Assembly (NCBI GenBank): GCA_023334545.1
Contig: JAADVB010000035.1
Coordinates: forward strand, 42,086 to 106,085
Direction of reading: 5' to 3'
Length of the DNA stretch: 64,000 nucleotides
Origin: Salisapilia sapeloensis CBS 127946
Lineage: Eukaryota > Protista > Oomycota
In this document: positions 1 to 11,817 of the stretch, one piece after another
Layout: every line of letters starts with the position of its first letter
Numbering within the stretch: position 1 is the stretch's first letter
Program-made: the position numbers and the translations under genes
The notes under the pieces: generated by a model
The model's database searches: none
Seen by the model: only the letters and a program-made list of their open reading frames with translations
Told to the model about the DNA's origin: nothing

Positions 1-5
1 GACAC

Positions 6-848
6 TTAGTCCCAGCTAGCATTGCCCGCAGGGGCATCCCAGTTGCTCGAAGCACCGGCGGCATCAGCCGACCACTCCGAGTTACCGCCAGTGGCACCCC
101 ACTCGGAGGCGACCGGGTCCGCAGAGTAGAGAGCCGGCTCGGCAGGGGCGGCCTGCTCAATGGCAGGCGTCTGTCCCCATCCAGCGCTGGCCTGGGCCTC
201 TTCCTGAGCAGTGGCCTGGGCCTCCTCGGCCTTCTTGAGCTCTTCCGGGTCACGGTAGAGGAAGAGGTCGACGGCGACGTCCCACGGGAGGGCACGCGAG
301 ATGGATCCGCGGAGACGGAGGACCTCACGGGCCAAGAGCCAGTAGAGCAGACCGATGGAGAGCTTGCCCTTGTTGTTGGCCGGGATGGCAACGTCGACGT
401 GCTCCATGGGGGAGTCCGAGTCACAGAAGGCAATGACCGGGACGTTCACGAAGGAAGATTCGCGGACGGCCTGGGCATCGGTACGCGGGTCCGTGATGAT
501 GAGAAGACGCGGCTCACGGAACTGCTTGGTGATCTGGTTCGTGAACGTACCAGGCGTGAAGCGGCCACCAATGTACGCACAGCCGGTGTACTGGGCGAAC
601 TTGAGGACAGCGCGCTGGCCGTACGGACGAGCGCTGATGGCAATCACGTCGGCCGGGTTCTCAATGGCGACGATGATACGCGCAGCGAGCTGGATCTTCT
701 CCCAGGTCTTGCTGACGTTCATGACGTGGATACCGTCCTGACGACGACGCCAGACGTAGTCCATCATACGGGAGTCGGCATTGCGAGTACCGATGTGGGC
801 CTGAGCGGCCAGCATCATCTTGATGTCTTCTTCACGTTGGGCAGCCAT
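6..848 (-). CDS. RPSA: 40S ribosomal protein SA (uS2), intronless
   Basis: 280-aa ORF with uS2 hallmarks ([62 protein letters not shown]) and an acidic Trp-containing tail; strongly GC-biased codons. Confidence 0.98.
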   Translation of the reverse strand: MAAQREEDIKMMLAAQAHIGTRNADSRMMDYVWRRRQDGIHVMNVSKTWEKIQLAARIIVAIENPADVIAISARPYGQRAVLKFAQYTGCAYIGGRFTPGTFTNQITKQFREPRLLIITDPRTDAQAVRESSFVNVPVIAFCDSDSPMEHVDVAIPANNKGKLSIGLLYWLLAREVLRLRGSISRALPWDVAVDLFLYRDPEELKKAEEAQATAQEEAQASAGWGQTPAIEQAAPAEPALYSADPVASEWGATGGNSEWSADAAGASSNWDAPAGNASWD

Positions 849-1029
849 GGTGTTACGAGGTAAGGAGCGATGACAATTATGACCGAGCTATCTCCTCGAT
901 TGGTTTGGTGGCCAGTCATTTGGTTTCGGATATATCCCAACAATACGACATATAATCAGGATTGATCCGAAAATAAATAAACACGAACGTCGTGATCCGA
1001 AAATACGTATGCAGAGCGAGTACTAAGGG

Positions 1030-4000
1030 ATGACAGGGAAGCGACAGCGAGAGGTGCCGGCAGCGGATGATCCGTATAATGTGAAGCTGCCTCCGTGCAC
1101 GATGAAAGACCATGTGAGGAAGAATAGGTATGGAAGGGAGTATCAGACGAAGAACTGTGAACATAATCCGAATTGTCTATATGGACTTGGAGAACGCTAT
1201 GAGGTGATGTGTAGCTCTGTTCTGGCTGTATACTGGTGGTTGACAATGATAGTAGGGTATTTGGCAACGAGATAGACTTATTAGCAGAATCTTTGGAGAT
1301 GACCCTCGTAAGCGACGACGGACTCATCGCAATGCCAATGCGACTGCCTCCGTGTGGATGCATCCTTGTGGTCTGTGTAACTTGGGAGCAACTTGCTATC
1401 TCAACAGTCTAGTCCAGTGTCTTTTCATGGTCTATCCGTTCCGTCGAGCTGTGTACGAGTGGGAACCTGATACTCGGGCAGGTGCGACGCAGGATCAAAT
1501 CAAGCAGATGAGAGCACTGCAGCGACTCTTTGCTCTCATGCAATCGGGCAAAGAGTCCAGTTACAATCCAGAAGACTTTTCCCAAGCATTAGCAATCGAT
1601 AGTGAATTGCAGCAGGACGTACAGGTACTTGCATGCTCTGTAACCACTCTATTTCCAGGACATTGACCGGCATGCCGCAGGAATTCACGAAACTCCTGCT
1701 AGCTCATTTGCACGAGACATTCCGTCTCTCTCATAATCCATCTCATCGAAATCTAGTTACCCGTCTATTCGAAGGCAAGATGGAGTACGTGACCAAGTGT
1801 CAGCGTTGTTGCTCTACATCCACTCGACCAACGAACTTTAACGACTTATCTCTCCATATCAAAGGCCATAAAAAGCTAGAGATGTGTTTAGCAGCATACT
1901 TTTCTCCAGAACTCATGGATGGTGATAACAAGTACCTTTGTAATCGTTGTGCATCGAAACAGATCGCGACGAGATGCATGTCTGTAGAGGCAGAAAATAT
2001 GCCACCAGTACTGACGCTACAACTCATGCGATTCGTCTACGATGCGCATGCTGGACAACGAAAGAAGTTGATGGATGTAATCGAGATCGGTGAAGAGCTG
2101 AATGTGTCGGCAGTGCTGCGCCAGGCTGGGTACGAGACTACCGGACCGGACGTTGTCTATCGTCTGATGGCGTATTTAAACCATCGAGGGCGCAGTGCTG
2201 ACGTAGGACACTACACTGCCTCCGTGGCATATCCTTCGGAAAATGGTCGCATGGAATGGTTTGAGTTTGATGACGCAGCTGTCTATAGCTCGGATGTAGT
2301 TGTCGATGTAGAACAGAAGACGGAACGAGTAGGAAAGACGATTCGCTCGAAAGACGCTTACATGCTCTTATACGTCTGTGATGACTCGGCAGTACGCAAT
2401 GGCGTTGTCGACAGCCTCGAGACAGCGCAGTCGGAGCCTCTTGTTCCACATCACTTGCGCCTCGAAGTCGATTCACTAAACCATCAATTCGAACGGACTC
2501 TACAGGAGTATGTGAAGAGATCACAAGAGTTAGAGGCACGTATTCAACACCGTATACAAACGTATGAGACTCTATTCGTGAAGGAACGTCCTTATTGTCT
2601 CGTGCCGAGAGAAATGTGCTATTGGGTACCGACCGAGTGGTTGCAAAAGTGGATTACAGGTGTAGAAGAAAGAGAGCAAAAGTCAGTAATGGAGGGTGGT
2701 GCGGAAGTGGTTAAAGTGAAGAAGGATAAACCGATGGTAGCGATGACAAGCGAGACAGGAGCTCATATCCCATTCGATCAGAATATCAACGTGACACCAT
2801 ATAAATGCAGTCACTCGTCTACCGACCCTTGTTTTGCACCTGAGATGACGAAGAAACTGAAGCGTGTCAATCCTAAATTCTACACTTATCTGCTAGCGAA
2901 TGAGTACGTGCAACACGTCGGTAGTGACAGTGCTAGGAATGCATCCGCACGACGTATCTTCTCCGGACGATCTTATCAATGTACAATTTGCAAAGACGAG
3001 TTTTGTAACAAGATTTTGCATGATGAAATGGGGCTGGAAGAAACAACGACAGAACTTGATATGCTCAAGGTGAAATCCGTGACGGACGACCCCGAGCCGT
3101 ATATCATCAGCCGTGCATGGGTGAAGAGCTACAAGCAACATTTGACGCAAGAGCAAAGGGTGATGAAACAACGGCTTTCGACTAGTAAAAAACAGTCACA
3201 GGACCTGACGACGTACTATAAGGACGAGTCGGACGTTCCGCAATGGATGTGTCCGATCAATCAAGATATCATTTGTGAGCATGGGAACTTAACGCTTGAT
3301 AAGAAAAAGTATCGATCAATAGCACAGGATGTATGGCAGCATTTGAAGACCAAGTTTCCTCCTGGTCAAGAGATTAAAGAACGCTTGTTAGAAGCTTGTG
3401 CGATCTGTGAGATGAATCTAGTGATTACACAGCAAGAACGAGACACGGAGCGTGCGAATCGTAACGAGATCCTTTCGAATGAAGCGCTTGAACGTCTCTA
3501 TCGACGTGACGTCACATCCTTTGGACGTGTAGACTGCATGAAGGATGTGTTTGCGTTCATCCGATCGAATCAAGCGGCTTGTAATCGTAAACACTGCGAG
3601 CGGATGTTCATGGTGCAGAAAGAGTGGATGGAGCGCTGGAGAAGGTACATTCGAGATGTGGACCAGACACGGCCATCTGTGTTGGCAGAATGCGGCTTCA
3701 TGTGTCCAGACGGGAAGATGGCACGCCCACAATCAGTACTAGCCGTGTGCAATGAACAACCGTCGAGTCTATCGGCGTTGGAAGTAGAGTTCCTGTCGAC
3801 GGAAGAGATGACGAGTCTCGTGCTCGAATTTGGCGACATATCACAGCCTGTTGCTTACTGTGTACTTGGTGGGGACGGGCAAGTGTCTTGGCATCGGGGT
3901 TCTATCGATCATGTCCTTAAAATGGACGCGAGAGATGATAGTAGATCGAATGGTATTTATCATGACGACAGCACGGTGCTGTGTTATAAATGCGAAGATG

Positions 4001-4554
4001 ATATGAGTCGACAGCATGATGAAGCTCTTTTGCATTTCCAGCAGGAAACAATCCATGTACGTGTACTCGAAGAGAAGGAAGAGGTGCCGTCGAGTACGCG
4101 TCTACCATCTGACCAGGCTGTTGGCACGACACGGCGGTCTCGTCGTATACAGTCGAATAGTCCAGCGATATATGACTTTACTGCGAGTGCTTCGGATGAC
4201 ATTAGCTGGCTCAAGATGAAGATATACGCCGAGATGGACGCAGAACCTGTTCGTCAGAAGTTGTTCTATGGTGGAGAACTAGTCGTAGATGGTAAGAAGC
4301 TGCAGGAGTATCATGTCAAGCCTGGAGACGTGTTGTATTTGCGAGTCGCGGAGGAGCTGGCGGATATTGCAGAGGCCATTCCGCAGACGACGAGCGGAAA
4401 AGAGGTGGGGTTCGAAACGTCTGCGTTGTTTGGTCATCATCATGATGCGGCTAGTACCAATGGGCATATACCTGTCTGGATCTGCTCTGCCTGTACATTC
4501 GTAAACGAGAATGCAGGCAGTGAATGTGAAATATGTGGTACGCAAGCGTCGTAA
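1030..4554 (+). CDS. USP48: Ubiquitin-specific protease 48-like (USP + DUSP-like + UBL + C-terminal NZF finger), spliced
   Basis: N-terminal NCEHNPNCLYGLGE; Cys box CGLCNLGATCYLNSLVQ; QQDVQ/EF across intron ~1625-1680; His box LNHRGRSADVGHY; UBL (KMKIYAEMDAEPVRQKLFYGG); terminal WICSACTFVN...CEICG. The first intron boundary (~1204-1252) is approximate. Confidence 0.9.
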
Positions 4555-4645
4555 GGGTTAAGATGGTAGTGACGTAGTGTATGTCGTAGGTAGGATAAAT
4601 ACGAATGGAAACGAAAGCCGGGTATGTGGAACAAATGGTTGCTAC

Positions 4646-5974
4646 TTACTTCTTCGTGCCAGCGCCAATGGCATCGGAAACATGCTTGTACCCGTCGCGT
4701 TCCAGTAACTGTGCCAACTCCTTCTTCGCTCGCATGACGGCGGATGGACCTTCAAAGACGAGACAAGAGTACATTTGCACAAGCGTCGCACCAGCAAGAA
4801 TTTTGTCGTATGCGTCTTTGCCAGTAGCGACGCCACCGACTCCAATGAGTGGAACCTGTCCGTTCGTTAGCGTATACATCTCCGAAAGCACCTTAGTCGA
4901 TAGATCACGCAATGGAGCTCCACTAAGTCCTCCGGTCTCTTGCTTGTGGTCATTTTGGAGTGAATTAGGTCGACTTAAAGTGGTGTTCGACACGATCAAA
5001 CCGTCCACTTTCAACGTCGTGACGACATCTGCAATATCCTTCTTGTCGACATCAGTAAGATCAGGTGCGATCTTTACAAGTAACGGAATCGTCCGATCTT
5101 CAGATGCTTCTAGTTGCTTTCTCGCTTCTAAAACACGCTTCAATAGCGTTTTCAACTGCTCTTTGCCTTGTAGAGTACGAAGTCCAGGGGTGTTGGGAGA
5201 CGAGACGTTTACAACGAGGTAGTCAGCATACTTCCCAAGGGATGTGACACCTTTGATGTAGTCAGACGCAGCGTCCTCTGTCGTCTTATTCTTTCCTAAG
5301 TTGACGCCTAGAGGACCTGGGCGATGGTCCTTTTCAAATGGAGAAGGTTTCTCCACTTTTAAAGTACGCATAGCAGTATAATCGTGCAGACGAGCTTGCA
5401 CAGCATCGATACCGTCGCTGTTGAAGCCGTACCGGTTGATGACTGCATTGTCTTCCGTTAAACGGAACATGCGCGGTCGCTCATTGCCAGGTTGAGGCTC
5501 TGGCGTGACACTCCCGATCTCGACAAACCCAAAGCCAAGGTCGAGGAGAGCTTCCATGGCTTCCGCATTCTTGTCAAAGCCGGCTGCTAGTCCAATCGGG
5601 TTGGTGAAGGTTTTACCAAACGCATCGATATGCAGCAGCTCTGGATCTGGTTCCTCGTCTCTCGGAATGAGACCGTACGAAGCGCTTTTGATGGCAATGT
5701 TATGCGAAGTCTCTGGATCCAAGAGTCTTAGTAATGGCATACCAATCGGATCTGCTAGATGCTGCACAAGCCATTCATGCGGCACGAATCCTTTTGTGGC
5801 TGCGAAGAGTGCAGCAGCGGCGCCACCACTAATAGCCAAGAGTCCCACTAGACTAACCTGTTTCGGACCGGAGGAGGATGCAGATGAACTCCATCGAGCT
5901 TTTGGTGCATTGATGGCACTCGACAAGCCATATCGAGACCGCAAGGAGGTAAGAGAGCGGGCCAAGTACCGCAT
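4646..5974 (-). CDS. DHODH: Dihydroorotate dehydrogenase (quinone), class 2, mitochondrial
   Basis: Motifs GLAAGFDKN, GFVEIGSVTP, NRYGFNS, NVSSPNTPGLR, KIAPDL, SNTT, GGLSG, IGVGGV. First ATG is at 5974 (the track start at 5980 is GTG). Arg/Ser-rich presequence plus a hydrophobic anchor. Confidence 0.97.
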   Translation of the reverse strand: MRYLARSLTSLRSRYGLSSAINAPKARWSSSASSSGPKQVSLVGLLAISGGAAAALFAATKGFVPHEWLVQHLADPIGMPLLRLLDPETSHNIAIKSASYGLIPRDEEPDPELLHIDAFGKTFTNPIGLAAGFDKNAEAMEALLDLGFGFVEIGSVTPEPQPGNERPRMFRLTEDNAVINRYGFNSDGIDAVQARLHDYTAMRTLKVEKPSPFEKDHRPGPLGVNLGKNKTTEDAASDYIKGVTSLGKYADYLVVNVSSPNTPGLRTLQGKEQLKTLLKRVLEARKQLEASEDRTIPLLVKIAPDLTDVDKKDIADVVTTLKVDGLIVSNTTLSRPNSLQNDHKQETGGLSGAPLRDLSTKVLSEMYTLTNGQVPLIGVGGVATGKDAYDKILAGATLVQMYSCLVFEGPSAVMRAKKELAQLLERDGYKHVSDAIGAGTKK

Positions 5975-6257
5975 AATCACTTTTTGCGAATCGTTGTCAA
6001 ATTTAATGTCGTCTCACTATACTGTTTCTTTCTATATGAAGTTTTGTAATAAATGTTGGTAAATAAGTAGGACGGTATCGGAGGTGCTGATGGTGGTACT
6101 TCCGATAGGTAGGTATCCTAATAGAGTACTCGACCAAATACCTCTCTATACCTAGGCGATTGCAATTAGAGACAAATGAGTATGACAGCTCTATATGCAA
6201 CTGACAGAGGGCATGTATTATTCTTCATGAGTGTTTTCTCCTACTGCTTGCCACACC

Positions 6258-8151
6258 TCAGTCTACATCCATGGCGACATCTTCATTCTCATCTGGACCA
6301 TGCGTCTCTGTCGGAGGTTTCGTCTCTTCATTATCATGTCCACGATGATCCTACATACACCATTACAACTCTTCCACCCGATGAACAAGATACTTGAGAC
6401 GTACGTTGTCATCATCGTAGAACTCTGCGTCATGCTGTCGTTTTCCATCACTATTCATACGCACATCTGGATCCAGTGCATCCTCATCAATCTCCTTTAT
6501 CATCCGTGCTGGTGGCATCGAGTCAAACTGGACACTCGGAGCTCCAGGTAGAGTTTTTAGGTTCTCAAAGATCTTCGTCCTACCTCACCATCAGCTTCGA
6601 CACAGCTACGATTCTACTTTTATAAACCTACTTGATCTCATCAAGATATTCCGGTGCATTGGCATTCCGAAGATTTGGATCTGGTTCCAAATGTAGTTTA
6701 AATGACGGAGCAAAGTACTCGTAGTAGTCTGTATACGGCAATTCATTCGGGACTTCTTGCTCCAACAGCACAGATGTCTCGTACGCCCATGCTCTCGAGA
6801 CATTCCGAATGGTGTAGCCACCGCCTCCAAGGACAAGTGTCGGCAGTCCAAAGCTCTTAATGTACCGAACGCATTCGCCATGGCCTAGAATAATGTGAGA
6901 TGGGAGGCAGACAAGGTGTGTAGATGGTGTACCTTTTGTCGTCAGATTAAACGAACCGAGACGGTCTCCTGTAAGCGAGTCCGAGCCGCATTGGAGGACG
7001 ACGGCAGATGGTCGGAAGGTTTCCATAACTTTTTCCATGACAGGTTTAAAGACGTGCTCGTAGCTCGTGTCGTCCATGCCTGATAAGAGTGGACAGTTTA
7101 CGGCGTAATACTTTCCATTCTTCGCTCCAATGTCCTACTCATGTATGACTATGCTGTCTATGGTCGTATGAGAGGGAGAATGTACTTTGATGTCACCTGT
7201 GCCAGGAAAAAAGTCTCCGTACTGATGGAACGAGGCGGTCATGACGCGATCTGTGACGTAGAAGGCTTCTTCCACACCGTCTCCGTGGTGTACGTCGATA
7301 TCAATGTACAAAACGCGAGCGTGATATCTGTATAGTTTTATGGATGTAAGCGACGTAGATAATACGGCTAGTGGGATTGGTGTACTTGAGGAGTTCGAGG
7401 ATGCCTAGGACGATGTCATTGACGTAGCAAAATCCAGACGCTTCCGACTTTTTTGCATGATGTAGACCACCGGCCCAATTGATGGCAATGTCGCATAGTC
7501 CATGGTTTAGTCGTGCCGCAGCATCTATCACCCAATTGAGAACGATGGAGATATATCTGTGTAAATGTGTGTCTACCTAGTGTTCCTCCTGTATAGATTT
7601 GGCAAAAGTCGAATATGCCGTCAAAGACCGGGCAATCCGTCATTTCCCCAAGGTTATCTACAAGTGTCCGTAAGCCGTTCCCCATCTTCCCTCTACTAAT
7701 TATTCCTCATTCTTACACTTGTTCAGTTCTTTATGATACTGCTTCTCATTGAATGGATTGATACGTCGTAGGAAATCGATATAATCGTCTGTATGAAAGT
7801 TCTTGACCTCCTCGGCAGTCGCCCAATGCGGTTCCTATATCCATATACAACGTTCCTATGAATCTCTTCCAGCCATTTCTTGCTTATAACTAATAGCATA
7901 CAAACATGTCCATCTTCTTGTGCAAACCATAATTCACGACGAGATGATGGGTCAGTTTAAGCCGATGCGGCTTCATGTTATGGCCTGGTCCGTAGTAGAA
8001 ATGGCCTTCATCGGCTACAAGAACGATGATAGGACGGTCAATACACAGCCATTTGGAGCCTAGGACCGTATCTAGGCTCTGGAGATGATAAAATGGCATA
8101 AAATGTACGATGGTAGAAGTAAGAGACGCGCTTTTTCGTCGCCATCGCCAT
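6258..8151 (-). CDS. Class I histone deacetylase, paralogue A (HDAC3/Hos2-like), 10 exons
   Basis: Hand-spliced: [14 protein letters not shown] / [18 protein letters not shown] / [12 protein letters not shown] / [22 protein letters not shown] / [16 protein letters not shown] / QCGSDSL / GGGGYTIRN / acidic tail ending VAMDVD-stop (TGA at 6258-6260). Nine GT-AG introns. An alternative ATG lies at 8145. Confidence 0.93.
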
Positions 8152-8278
8152 CTCGGACGCAAAAAAGGAAAATGGCCAAATAGAGGTTTTCAAGTGGTAC
8201 ATTCATGGTACATCTGCTGTCAACAAACTAAGACAAAAATCGCATTTACAGGTCCAAGCATACAAACGCCGAGTGGGG
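8152..8278. promoter_or_regulatory. Bidirectional promoter shared by the two HDAC genes
   Basis: 127 bp between divergent ATGs (8151 on -, 8279 on +). Contains TGGTACAT twice (8195-8202, 8206-8213) and Inr-like pyrimidine tracts on each strand (minus GCCATTTTCC ~8167-8176; plus CGCATTTAC ~8241-8249). The function is inferred from position. Confidence 0.7.
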
Positions 8279-10009
8279 ATGGCAGGCAAGAAGCGTATCT
8301 CGTACTTCTACCATCGTAGGTTCCACTTGTCTTTATAAATTTCTTCCAATGGATATATAAAATGGAGAAATGCCTCTGGAATATGTCGTACTGATTGTAT
8401 GATCATTATTAGCGGACGAGGGCAATTTCTATTATGGACCGATTCATCCGATGAAGCCACAGCGGCTAAAATTGACCCATCACCTCGTCTGCAATTACGA
8501 CTTGTATGGGAAGATGGATGTCTTCGTATGTGACAATATAGTAGCGTAGCTTTTGATATCCGATGGACTTATACGAGTGTCGTAGGAACCTCACTGGGCA
8601 TCTCCAGACGAGATTAAACGATATCATGCATCCGATTATATCGATTTCCTACAAAAGATCAGTCCAGCAAACGAAAGTGAACATGCAAATGAACTCGCTA
8701 AATGTACTCTTGGATCTACACACACGACAGAACCATTTCGTCTAATATGTTGATAGATAACATGGGGGAGAGCTCCGACTGTCCGGTCTTTAGCGGTCTC
8801 TTTGACTTTTGTCAGATATACGCTGGCGGCACACTAGGTACCTCACTTCCCTTCGACTAGACGACTCTATACTCATACGTCCTAGACGCTGTCACGAGAC
8901 TGAATCACGGATACTGCGACATTGCTGTCAATTGGGCTGGTGGTTTGCATCATGCGAAAAAAGCTGAAGGCTCTGGCTTTTGCTATGTGAATGACATCGT
9001 CCTGGGGATCCTCGAACTCCTCAAGTACGTCCTCTCATACCATCAATCAGCCACATAGCTTAAATGTAGGTAGGTATCACCCTCGCGTCCTGTACATTGA
9101 CATTGACGTCCATCACGGCGATGGCGTGGAAGAAGCGTTTTACGTCACAGATCGTGTCATGACCGTGTCATTCCACAAGTATGGTAACTTCTTTCCTAAC
9201 ACCGGTGCGATCGGAGACACAGGTGCCAAGGGTGGGAAGAATTATGCTGTCAATTGCCCACTACACGCCGGTATCACGGACGAATCGTACGAAAGTATCT
9301 TTAAACCAGTGATCGACAAGGTCATGGAGACGTTCCAGCCTTCTGCCGTCGTCCTCCAATGTGGCTCGGACTCTCTAACAGGTGATCGACTCGGGACGTT
9401 TAACCTTACAACTGTCGGTCATGGCGAGTGCGTTCGGTATGTCAAAAGCTTTGGATTACCGACACTTGTCCTTGGAGGTGGTGGGTACACCATCCGCAAC
9501 GTCTCGAGAGCGTGGGCATACGAGACAGCTGTCTTGCTAGATCAAGAGGTCTCGGATAACATCCCTTACAACGACTACTTTGAGTACTACGCACCAACGT
9601 TTAAACTCCATCTGGAGCCTGATGCAAATCGAGAGAATGAGAACTCGAGGGAGTATCTCGACAAGATAAAGTAGCACTTATGTAGATCTATGATCGAGAC
9701 ATGCATCTAATGCTGTGTAGAATGGAGATCTTTGAGAACTTGAGAGCCTTGACAGGGGCGCCTAGTGTCCAGATGACCGACGCACCTGCTGGAAGGCCCT
9801 TACCAGAAGATGATCAGGATGAAGACATGGTAGATCCGGATAGTCGATCAGATTATACGGGCAAACGCTTATTGGACTCGGAGTTCTTTCAGAATGACCA
9901 AGTAGGATGGAAGAGGTAGAGATTGTGTTTATATGTCTGATGTATGGTGTAGGATCAACGTGGAGAAGATGTGGATGGCGCAACGGACGCAGGCATGAAG
10001 GTAGACTGA
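8279..10009 (+). CDS. Class I histone deacetylase, paralogue B (HDAC3/Hos2-like), 8 exons
   Basis: Hand-spliced: [12 protein letters not shown] / [18 protein letters not shown] / [12 protein letters not shown] / [22 protein letters not shown] / [11 protein letters not shown] / QCGSDSL / GGGGYTIRN / tail GMKVD-stop (TGA at 10007-10009). Seven GT-AG introns. Confidence 0.93.
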
Positions 10010-10031
10010 TAATGGAGAGAGAAGTTTTCTT

Positions 10032-10818
10032 TTACTTTTGCTCTCGCAAACGTCGTTGTTTATCTCGTTCAGCTTTTTCCAACTCGAATTGTTTCTGATC
10101 AAGACGATGAAGAAACTCTTGCTTTTCGACGTACCCGTCCTTTGTCGCTTGTTTCAACTCGTCTTCGATACCCTCATCGGTCTTAAACGTGTCCCAGTCG
10201 ATGGATGATTTTTCCATCGTTGACACCTTTCGAGGTTCTTGCATCGAAGCGAGGACTTGATCTACACCAGAAGACTTGGTTGATGGAATCTTAGCTGCCT
10301 CTGCACCACTCGAGCCTCGAACTTGGTACGTTTGCCCGGCATACTGGACGGTCTGTGAAATCTCATCCGTTGCTTTCGATGCTAAATCCTGACGATGACG
10401 CTTTGGATCGACACTTAGAACTGGGAATTCGAACTCTCGGACCTTGCGTTTCTTTCGTTTCATTGGTTTCCCGCTTGTGAGTCGACGAAGGAGCTACGGT
10501 GGTGTGAAGAAAAGATAGAGTCATTGGCAAGCCATATAGTTACTTTGGCGGATTTATCTTGAGAGGCCTGAGAGACATTGGTAGATTCATTCAGGTCCTT
10601 CCATTTGTCCGTGATACTACTGTCTGTAGCAACACTATAAGCTTGCTTGCTAGTATCATCCTCTTCGTCCATGACGAGTTGTTCATCGTCATCAACTTCT
10701 TCTGCAAATAAAATTGGGATATTCAGTGGATGCATATACAATGGTATCGATAGTTGAGTAGAAGGATGAATCTACCTTCCGGTACAAAGTCCTCGTCATC
10801 ATCGTCGGAAGAGCTCAT
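10032..10818 (-). CDS. CFDP1: BCNT/Bucentaur (CFDP1, yeast Swc5; SWR1 complex subunit), 3 exons
   Basis: Acidic N-terminus MSSSDDDEDFVPE and C-terminal BCNT domain KVSTMEKSSIDWDTFKTDEGIEDEL...DGYVEKQEFLHRLDQKQFELEK; two GT-AG introns join the track ORFs. Confidence 0.9.
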
Positions 10819-10981
10819 TTTGAATGGTTTTGTTAATGGATAGCATACAAATATCAAGTGTGCATATTGGGAAGGGTGGTACCCCTCTATATGATATGAC
10901 GAGTTACTACGTGATTATGAATAAAGATAGACAAGGTGAATGCGAACTAGCGTGTATGAGTATGTATTTATGCTGGCTACT

Positions 10982-11653
10982 CTAGTTTGCTGTTGAAGCA
11001 GATTGCGACGCCGATGAGGATCAGCACCATTCCTGTGTATGTCGCTAGATGCATACAGACTGGTTTATTTGGTAAATGCGCAGGTGAGAAGAATTATGAC
11101 GTACATGCTGGACGCTTCGGTCGCTCTCCAAGGAACCAGCTCGTGATGCCAGTGAAAACGAATGTAAGTGAATTGCAAATCGGTACGGCGTTGGATATCT
11201 CTATGATACATAGACAGCATGTAATTTTACATTTTGCGTTGAACTATAGTAAGATTGCATTGGTGGATCGTACCTGTGGAGCCGAGAAGGTATACAAAAG
11301 CGACGGATCCACTTTGGTTGATAGCAAATGGCAAAATGAGCTACATGCCAATACTTTATTCCTGCCCAATACATTTTATTCCTTGCGTCAGTCCATACCT
11401 TCCAATTCATTAGTAAGACTTTCACTTGTTGAACCCATTCGCCAACAGAGTTATCTTTTCTCGTATACATCGCACCCTCCGTGCTTCCTATCCTCGTAAA
11501 CAAGTGTCAATTTGCCGACTTATAGTACAAAAACCATATCGAGTCGAAGAGACCATTCTTAATCAGGGGATTTGTGCATCCCCATAAGGCTCCGACAAAC
11601 AAGAAAGACAGAAATGTCGAATATCCTTCCGGAATCGCCTCCCAACTCGCCAT
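10982..11653 (-). CDS. TMEM234: TMEM234-family small multi-pass membrane protein, multi-exon
   Basis: Spliced reading gives FLFVGALWGCTNPLIK...LPFAINQSGSVAFVYLLG...ISNAVPICNSLTFVFTGIT..LGE...GMVLILIGVAICFNSKL-stop, the TMEM234 pattern. Not shown as one ORF in the track. Confidence 0.85.
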
Positions 11654-11817
11654 CGTACTTGCGTTGTCAATCTTATTGTCTACATTATACAGAATACCAC
11701 GTTCTTGAAGTTGAAAATCCACTAAGCTTTATTTTATGGTAATCGAGTTGGTACTCGAGATGACCGTCGTCATCAAGTTAATCTAGTCTAAAACTGGCAA
11801 AACCGCAATTGGTTCTA

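Noticed and set aside
355-863. Long plus-strand ORFs overlapping RPSA
   Set aside because: Antisense shadows of a strongly codon-biased gene; no recognisable protein.
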